A DNA stretch of 20,000 nucleotides, from positions 59,148 through 79,147 of the forward strand of contig KZ538354.1 in the NCBI GenBank assembly GCA_000934665.2, written 5' to 3'. The position numbers and the translations under genes are program-made. The number at the start of each line of letters is the position of its first letter. Positions within the stretch are counted from its first letter, which is position 1. This DNA is from Catajapyx aquilonaris (Eukaryota). Below, piece after piece: positions 12,901-20,000 of the stretch. Below the pieces are notes generated by a model. The model was not told the origin of the DNA and did no database searches. It worked only from the letters and a program-made list of their open reading frames with translations.

Positions 12901-13410
12901 TTTTCCTGGGTAGCAGTATTGTCATAAACAAAGCGAACCGTTCAGCTCCAACACCCCGTGCAATGACAGACACCGGATTAATAAGGCAATCCTCTATTGT
13001 GTCTTTGTAGCTACATGATGAAATCAATATAAGCCATATCGGTCCTATCCATAGCTTTAAAAATTGCTGTTTAATATTGGTTCGTTGCCTAACTTACCCC
13101 CTGGATATTTAGGCCTCTCAATGACACCTGTTTTTTTCTGTTGAGCAAGTGACAACTTTTAATCAACTCAGGGTCAGTTGCTAGCGGAATTATGAGGACG
13201 CGTCAACGAGGACATCAATACAATCAGGCTGCGTGTGGGCCAGGCATCAAAACGAGTAGCCTAAACCCATCACAGCTCGTTTGATGTCAAAATTAGGTTC
13301 ATCAACCCTACATCACACGACTCGGCTGCCTGGTTTCGAGACACGATCCGGACTCAAGCACGTGCCGATACATGTACGGCCTCCAGGGTATCAGGGTTTT
13401 TTTTTTTTAC
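9991..13410 (-). other. Spliceosomal GT-AG intron of the receptor gene (3420 bp, phase 0, after TM4)
   Basis: Donor GT at 13410-13409 and a polypyrimidine tract plus CAG ending at 9991. Splicing joins the two GPCR halves in frame into a complete 7-TM protein. Confidence 0.9.
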
Positions 13411-13920
13411 CTTGAGTTGCACGAAGATGCCGTAGGGCATGGTGGCACCTAGAGCGAAGGTCCATATGCTGAGGATAATGGCAAGGCACGTGGTGAGCTT
13501 CATCCTGGGCTTGAATGGGTAGATGATGACGAAGAATCGGTCGATGGCGATGGAGGTGAGGGTTAATGTGGAGATGTAGACGCTGGTCCCCTGAGCGTAC
13601 GCAACCAGGTGGCACATGAACTTGCCGAAGATCCACTGCTTCAGGAAGGTGTTGAGCGGAGTGAAGGGAACGGACAGGACGCACAGGAGGATATCGGACA
13701 ATGCCAGGTTAGTGATGAAGAAGTTGGTCACAGTCTGCATCGCCTTGTTGCGACCCACCACGAAGCAGACCAGCACATTTCCGAACACCCCCAACACGAA
13801 GATGGTCGTGTACAGAATGTAAAACAGCGCCTGGACAGCCGGGTTGTTGATGATATCCGGCGGCCACACAATGTCCGTCTCATTCCCATCATACTCCGAC
13901 CAGTTCCCAACCTCCATCAT
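13411..13920 (-). CDS. sNPF-R: Neuropeptide GPCR, short neuropeptide F receptor-like (NPY/PrRP receptor family), coding exon 1 (N-terminus to TM4, 170 aa)
   Basis: Translation shows class A GPCR motifs: TM1 GVFGNVLV, TM2 TNFFITNLALSDILLC..PFTP, ECL1 WIFG..MC, TM3 IAIDRFFVIIYPF, TM4 SIW...MPY. N-glycosylation sequons NWS and NET are in the short N-terminus. The ATG at 13920 is in an insect-like CAAA-ATG context (the ORF-track start at 13941 is a GTG). The exon ends AAG|GTAAAA with the donor GT at 13410-13409, phase 0. Confidence 0.92.
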
Positions 13921-14049
13921 TTTGCTGTTTGATCGTCTCACCTGTTGGTCTCACTTGTTGGTGGCCTCATGCACGCGCACTCCGCACTTCCGTTTGACAT
14001 TCTGACCCTGTCTCTCTCCGTATGTTGTTGCCACCAAAGCTGCACACAT

Positions 14050-14250
14050 GATCCTGCGCCGGGACACTCGCCCCCCCTTTTCTTATAAAAGCAGCGGAGC
14101 CCCAGGCGCCCGCGCTCTCATTGGCCAACCACATTCCGACCCCACGATCCCGATCCAATCCGCACGGATTGAACCCAATCGCACTCATTTACACCCACGC
14201 AACTCTTCCAGGTCAGTATTTTACATACACTTACACATTATATGCAAATT
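14050..14250 (-). promoter_or_regulatory. Putative proximal promoter of the receptor gene
   Basis: Local GC/CpG-rich patch. TATAAGA on the minus strand at 14087-14081 overlaps TATAAAA on the plus strand at 14084-14090. CCAAT occurs on minus at 14124-14120 and on plus at 14155-14159 and 14175-14179. Octamer ATGCAAAT at 14242-14249. The region lies 130-330 bp upstream of the ATG. The TSS cannot be determined from sequence. Confidence 0.4.
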
Positions 14251-17200
14251 TCGCATTTTTGGTTGTAAATCCTTGATGTAAGCTATGACCTTTCCTCTCT
14301 TGGCGTCCATTAAAAGTGTATAGGTTTGCACTGATCATGATGGTGGAATATGAATTTATGCACGCTTTCCTGCTCCGGTTTGCCTCTGAGCCGTGATGCA
14401 CAGTGGTTTTTGTCATTTGGTGATTGGATGGTATTAAATTACCAGCGTCCCACCCCGATATTATGGATGGCGGTCCCCCCGCCCAAAATGATTTACTCTG
14501 AAAGACGAGAGTATTGACGCTGCGAATTTGACGGTTCGCTATTTATTATTGGAGACAAGCCAAACGTTGCGTTACATGAATTTCCATTATGCTGGGCCCG
14601 GAAATATTTCCACCAAATATGCAGGCCTGCCAGATAATCAAACCGCATTTGATTGGCGGATAAAAAGACATCGGGGAGATTTTTTGTGTGCGTTTGTTTG
14701 GAAGGGTTTTAAAAAAAAGTCATTACCTAATCGGAGTGTTAATCAGCTTCATTGTGTTTGGAAGTCAATGATGACCCGAATCGAATTGCCAGTGGCCATC
14801 GTTTCGAGTCCTGTTTCATTCACAGTGGCCTGCGGGCACAGAATGAACGCTAAATCTCTCTCTCTCTCCCCGGGTTGCCAGGGTGCAAAATAATGTAGCT
14901 ACAAACCACCCCATTCCTTTTTGACCTTCACTTTTAGGCCTAACCCATCGATCCAGCCGTTTTAATCTAATTAACCGCAAATTTAAAACACTCCCTTGCA
15001 AATCGCACATGTCCGTGGAAATCCATCGGAAAAAAAATTATACGCAGAACGTAATTGACTGCACCGAGTGGAAATTTTCCACCGACTGGTAGTACTTATA
15101 TTAAAACGGCTTAAAATAATTATGAGAGTTAGTACTTTGCGTGCAAAAGTATGGGTTGAGTGTGCCTGTACTAACAAGTGGGGTGAAAAAATTCCATCGA
15201 ATTCCATCACGGGGGTTTTTCTCGCACCGATTGAAATTCCGGTGCTGAAATATTCCATGCAATATTCAATAAGAGGCGGCGAAGGAGGCAATGAGCGATC
15301 AATGTTTGCCGCATTTCCTGCAAATTTTTGCGAAAGGAGGAGATGGGGTAGAGGAGTAAAAAAAAACCAGGAAGAAAATGGGGGTGGATGGAGAGAACAT
15401 TCTTCTTCAAGCCGGGACTTGTCTCGTTACACTCCGTCGAGTTTACAAACCAACTTGTCTGATTTTATTGTTCGGACCGCCTATAATTTTGTCCCACACG
15501 AAATTGGCCTCTTTTTAAACACTATAGTCTGCAAAAAATGTTTTGGCAATGTTGACATAAGATGAAGAACACTGACTCTGTTGATGATGCGAGTTTTGGT
15601 TTCCTCGACAAATTGTAATGTCGACACAACTTTTAGCCTACAGGGCACATGATGCGGCATGTGCAGGTCGTTAACAATAATTAGTAATTTGCGTGACGGG
15701 TAAGTTACCTCAAACCAATTGATTGACGGTTTGCAACCAATAAACCAATTTCCCTCCGCATTTTATCTCTCAATACACACATAAATTCTGGGTCTGCTGT
15801 GTTTTCCACGTTCTCCTAACCTTAGCGTTTTATTATAGTGCTAACATCGGCAGTTACACGTCGGTAAAAATTAGAAAGTATTGCCAGTCTCACTGCAGCT
15901 TTTTTGCAGTATATTTTTAACCACCCGTCTATTTGAGCATTCATAAGTTATAAACATGTCCATGTTTATGTGCCCCGCAATGAATAAATAAAATGTAATA
16001 AATCAGTGTCACCGAAGCTGATGATGAACGAGGGATATTCTAAACGCACATTATCATGGAAATGCAGCAAAGTGATTAACTTACAAGACCGCCCCGGTTT
16101 TATTTTAAAAAAACGGACAAACTAATGCAAGCAGATGACTTTGCTGATTATTGCAGGTAATTAAACCCGCTATTCCACCCCCCGAAAATTTTGTCGCCAG
16201 CCCCCTAATTGAATACTGGGTTAGAAGCCACGAGGTTTGTGTCCAACGCTCGCTGGGGGATATATTCGCCAGCATAAAATAAATGCGGATTCATAACACG
16301 GCCGGTTCGCAAATTGTTGCATTTTCGGCGGTGGATATTGGCTCTCATCAAATGACCGCTTCTATACGTCCCTCGCCTGTTTATTAATTAATGTAAACGG
16401 TAGCGTCACTAATTTCAGAAATCGGAGCCCTGAATTGAAACATCCGCACGCTGCCCATCCTAAAGGGAGCCGTTATACTGTGTGATTAATGCCCCAATCG
16501 GCATGAAATGTCACATCTAATTCACCTACTTTCATCACCTGAAAATTCGACACTGCACATGTGTGTATTTATGACTCTATGAATATACACCGAGTACATT
16601 ATGGACATGTTTTCTTTGTATGCCCGGAACATGATCTGGCACTCAGTATGTATAGCCCTGCATCATTGGCGCATCTAAACTTGCTTTGTAATCAGATGCG
16701 TGTACTTGTGACGTAATGTGACCCCAGATCGGCCCACATGGGGTTGGATCTAAATAGAAACAACTTGAGCATTGGTGTAGTGTGTGCCAGAAGTTTCAAA
16801 AGTTTATGTGGACAAACGTCTGAAATTCTCTTTGTGAATCCAGCTCTCGGAGCGTATGTAGTAAGTAATGTATGACGTGTGTCCGTGTAAACACTTGCAA
16901 TTAGTGATGTGTAACCCGAGGGGCTTCGACCTCAGAAGTGTATTCGGACACTGTGTGGCGGAAGAGATTACGTATAAACACATGTCAGCGTATGACATAC
17001 CGATTACCGAACCCTTGCGAATTCTAAATGAAGACCTCGAGCTTGCGTCGGATGCAAAAGAGCTCAAATTTAAATTAGGTAATTAGCGTTCCGCAGTACA
17101 TCTATTCGAGTCAAGTGGTCCACCAGGCGAATCACGCTTATTAGGCCAATTGACCAGCCGCCGATTACTAATCAGCTGTTTGCTATCCGCTGCTCTAATT

Positions 17201-18799
17201 ATTGTCTTTTTTTTCTCTCTCTCTCTCCCATCAGAAAAAAAGGGTCTTGCAATGTACACGAAGGGTAACCGAACTTTCTTGCAAGTTGTTTTGCAACCCC
17301 CCCAATTTTGTTTGCACGTGTTCAAGATTGGCCATTATAACTCATGGCATCCTATTATTTTATAAACGAATCACTTGTCCACATTATTGCAACAGCTCAA
17401 TTTTCGTATACAACGTCCTGCTGCTCTGATTAGAAATTCTTGGCCGTGAATGTTCTGAACAAATGAGTGGAAAAATTATCTATACTTTGAAGGTCGAAAA
17501 GGTTGCGACACGTATACATTTCAGCATTTTACAGCCATTGCCTTAATTAGCTTAATTTTTTAGCACCCTCTCTTAACCCGAATTGTGTTCCAACCTATCG
17601 CCGCTTTTATACACGTGCACAATAAGTGTTATTGCAAGCAGTATTTCGTACTTGGCCGCAACCCTAGCTGCTTCACAGCACACCGGTGTTTATAATTTAG
17701 CACGTGCGAAAATGGCAGCATTCATCAGTCGGAGCGGCTTTAATTATGATATGATAAGGCAAGCATATTTTTCATGTGCGAGTACCCTTAATTTTCAATT
17801 AGGCTGAGGGGGAACATACACGATGCGTTATACGGCTGGAATGAATAGCTCCAAAAAGGGGGGGCTATCGACGCTAGACTCTATATCCACCCCGCAGCCT
17901 GCAGCCTATTCTTCCATAAACCGTCAACCGCACACATATATCTCCTGCAGCTAATTAAACGTATCCACTAAATAGCCGCCATGAAGAAGGCCCCTCCGCT
18001 GCACACCCAAACACTAAAGCATGCAAATTTTGAAGCCGCCACTGCCTGCAATACACCAGAGATTTGGAGGAAAAAAAAATTCGCACATACTGGATGCTGT
18101 CCGACATAAATTCCGAAATTAGGGCAAAGAGCATGTTCAGTATGAAGCCCACACACCCACAAAAAAAATCAATGTCATTCTTTGTCTCCAGTAGTGTTTC
18201 AAGCTCACGTCCACTCGTACCTCGAATTAACGCATTTTAATAATCCGGAGGGTGCGCTTGTTGCACGGAAACAATTAAGGCAAGTGCAGGCGGTAGGCTA
18301 TATAGTATATAAGGGTAGAGGCCGATGCGTGCGATAATGGCCCCGCTTAATCACTTTATGACTGAGGACGTGCCAGGCGCTGGAGGCACCGCACATTCCG
18401 CATTCATGCAGATAGAATTGCAATTTATAGTCTGTCCACAAAAGAAGAAGCGTCGCGTCGCTTTCTAAGAGGCTCGACCCTTACTGGGCTTGGAGTTTCC
18501 GCGCGATCCCGTGCGTTTCGGACGTAACTAATCCGAAATAGCACAACCGTTTTGGTTTGATGTCCACATGAATGAGTAATGCCAACCCATTATATGGGAG
18601 GCTGGTTTTGACAATTAATCGCGACAGTTAAGAGGGCCTCGATTTGTACTTGTTACAGTCCTCTAGGGTCTGATTAGGACTGAGATGATGTGGGGCATTA
18701 CATAGCGTAGGGTTTCGCAGCGAAATTTGCAGTGCAAGCAATCTGAAACGGTCATTTTAGAACAAAGCGGTAACGATATTTTGCTTTAATGGAGTTCAA

Positions 18800-18827
18800 A
18801 GAGAGAGAGAGAGAGATGCACACACAC
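18800..18827. repeat. Short compound (AG)n-(CA)n microsatellite
   Basis: AGAGAGAGAGAGAGAGA followed by TGCACACACAC. Confidence 0.8.
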
Positions 18828-19378
18828 GCAATTTCGAAAATCACAGGAGCGACGCGTAAGCAAATTAAATTACATTGCGTGACATACACCGCACTGCCAG
18901 CAGCTTGTGGAAAAATCATTGGGGACATAAATTATTCCATTTGCTACAGTACTATCGTCATTTAGAGACCTCGAGGGAATCTATTGCCAGCATTTTTTTT
19001 GGAGGGGTTCTCGAAAATTGGTCGCCGACTCGTGTCCAAACTCGTGTGTGCATTTTGCAGTGAAAATTCCACCCCAAGTTTTCAGAAAACTTGTACACTT
19101 TGCAACGATATTGAACAATTTTCTTTATTTCACTTTTCGTTTGAATGCCAATTTTTCTGTGCAACAAGAATTAGATGTCTTGACGATGTATCTCCTCCAC
19201 CTAAAATGTATCCCAGATTACTTTTTGTTGCCCCCACCATAAATTAATGTCTAAACTTTAGACATTACTTCAGAGAAGGCTACTCCGCTTTGCTGATATA
19301 GTGTTAACTTAATGCGAGTCGGGTCTTTCTATTCTTTGAAGTGCAACTTATTTATGGTATATTGAGTGTCATTTGTGT

Positions 19379-19554
19379 TTATTCTGTACTATTTGTAAGG
19401 GAAGCCTCCTCAAGGGAAGCGAGAGTCCAAGGAGTAACAATAAACGAACAAACAAAAGTTAGAATTTGCTTCAATTGCCCCAGAACTGATCCAGTGTTCC
19501 CCTCCGTTGTTTCAGCCTGCTGCTCAGCTCCAGCATGATTCTCAGCAATGGGTC
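19379..19554 (-). CDS. Probable terminal coding exon of the same gene
   Basis: A 79-nt intron (19555-19633) ends at the first AG after a pyrimidine tract (AAG, weak). The phase-1 join stays open for 58 codons: GPIAENHAGAEQQAETTEGNTGSVLGQLKQILTFVCSFIVTPWTLASLEEASLTNSTE*. The TAA at 19381-19379 overlaps an AATAAA (19383-19378). Confidence 0.45.
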
Positions 19555-19633
19555 CTTTTCAATCAGATGTTGTAAAAAAGAATGAGAAAAGTAACTAGCC
19601 AGCTCACAATTTCTAGTCAGAATGTGCACTTAC

Positions 19634-19826
19634 CAAGTGGTATGGTGCTCACTGTTACAGGGATTGCAAGCACTACAGCCTGACCATTCCTGAAAGCATT
19701 TATAATGATGTAGTAATCATCAGCAATGGAGAAGAACTTTGCTTCCTGGATATTATCCACATCTAATGACTTGCTGTATTCAAGCATAAACTGTGCACCC
19801 CACTTTGAGTACAAGTAAATCTTGCT
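19634..19826 (-). CDS. Coding exon of the putative EAR/EPTP-repeat-like protein
   Basis: Strong acceptor TTTTATTTCTTCCAG|AGC (AG 19828-19827) and consensus donor G|GTAAGT (19633-19628). Open frame SKIYLYSKWGAQFMLEYSKSLDVDNIQEAKFFSIADDYYIIINAFRNGQAVVLAIPVTVSTIPL overlaps ORF-track 19617..19814. Confidence 0.7.
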
Positions 19827-19889
19827 CTGGAAGAAATAAAACCGTATGAATGAAGGTCGATTTTGTTAGAGACATGCATAATCATTTAC

Positions 19890-20000
19890 ATTTCCAGCTG
19901 CCAATAGAAAGGTTTGGTCATCTGCCAAGTGAAGAGTGTCGAAAGAAATGGCGCTGCCATTTAGCACTTGCCACTCCACAAATTCAGTTCCTGGAACATG
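19890..20000 (-). CDS. Internal coding exon (truncated by window edge) of a putative EAR/EPTP-repeat-like protein
   Basis: Open frame (HVP)GTEFVEWQVLNGSAISFDTLHLADDQTFLLAAGN ends at donor AAT|GTAAAT (GT 19889-19888). A 63-nt intron (19827-19889) joins it in phase 0 to the next exon. Confidence 0.65.

Noticed and set aside
13354..13410. ORF-track C-terminus VKKKNPDTLEAVHVSARA suggesting a truncated 4-TM protein
   Set aside because: Read-through into the intron past the AAG|GT donor; splicing restores the full 7-TM receptor.
13391..13932. ORFs 13609..13932(+), 13616..13822(+), 13391..13684(-) and 13728..13910(-)
   Set aside because: They overlap GPCR exon 1 in other frames or on the other strand and look like typical shadows.
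15068..15565. 165-aa plus-strand ORF
   Set aside because: GTG start, low-complexity purine-rich middle, no recognisable domain or splice context.
15950..15969. Short palindrome ATAAACATG-TC-CATGTTTAT (and CGTGCAA-A-TTGCACG at 7111-7125)
   Set aside because: Arms of 7-9 bp are expected by chance in 20 kb; no supporting context.
16868..17086. 72-aa ORF with somewhat protein-like composition
   Set aside because: No recognisable family, no partner exons found, and the length is within chance expectation.

Overview
Eukaryotic, most likely arthropod, genomic DNA that is mostly non-coding. The main feature is a complete two-exon class A (rhodopsin-like) neuropeptide GPCR on the minus strand: exon 1 CDS 13411-13920, a 3420-bp phase-0 GT-AG intron, and exon 2 9223-9990, giving 425 aa. 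It closely resembles arthropod short neuropeptide F receptors (NPY/PrRP receptor family). A GC-rich TATA/CCAAT promoter-like region and several upstream ATGs precede it. At the right edge, three small minus-strand exons (19890-20000, 19634-19826, probably 19379-19554) splice in frame into the C-terminus of a second protein whose pattern resembles EAR/EPTP beta-propeller repeats; the ORF track captures only part of it. The window also holds a ~209-bp MITE-like element with long inverted repeats (5447-5655), a (CT)34 microsatellite and a few palindromes. Most other listed ORFs look spurious. I see no evidence for a wholly new multi-gene system; the best leads are the EAR-like gene, the uORF-loaded receptor leader and the MITE.
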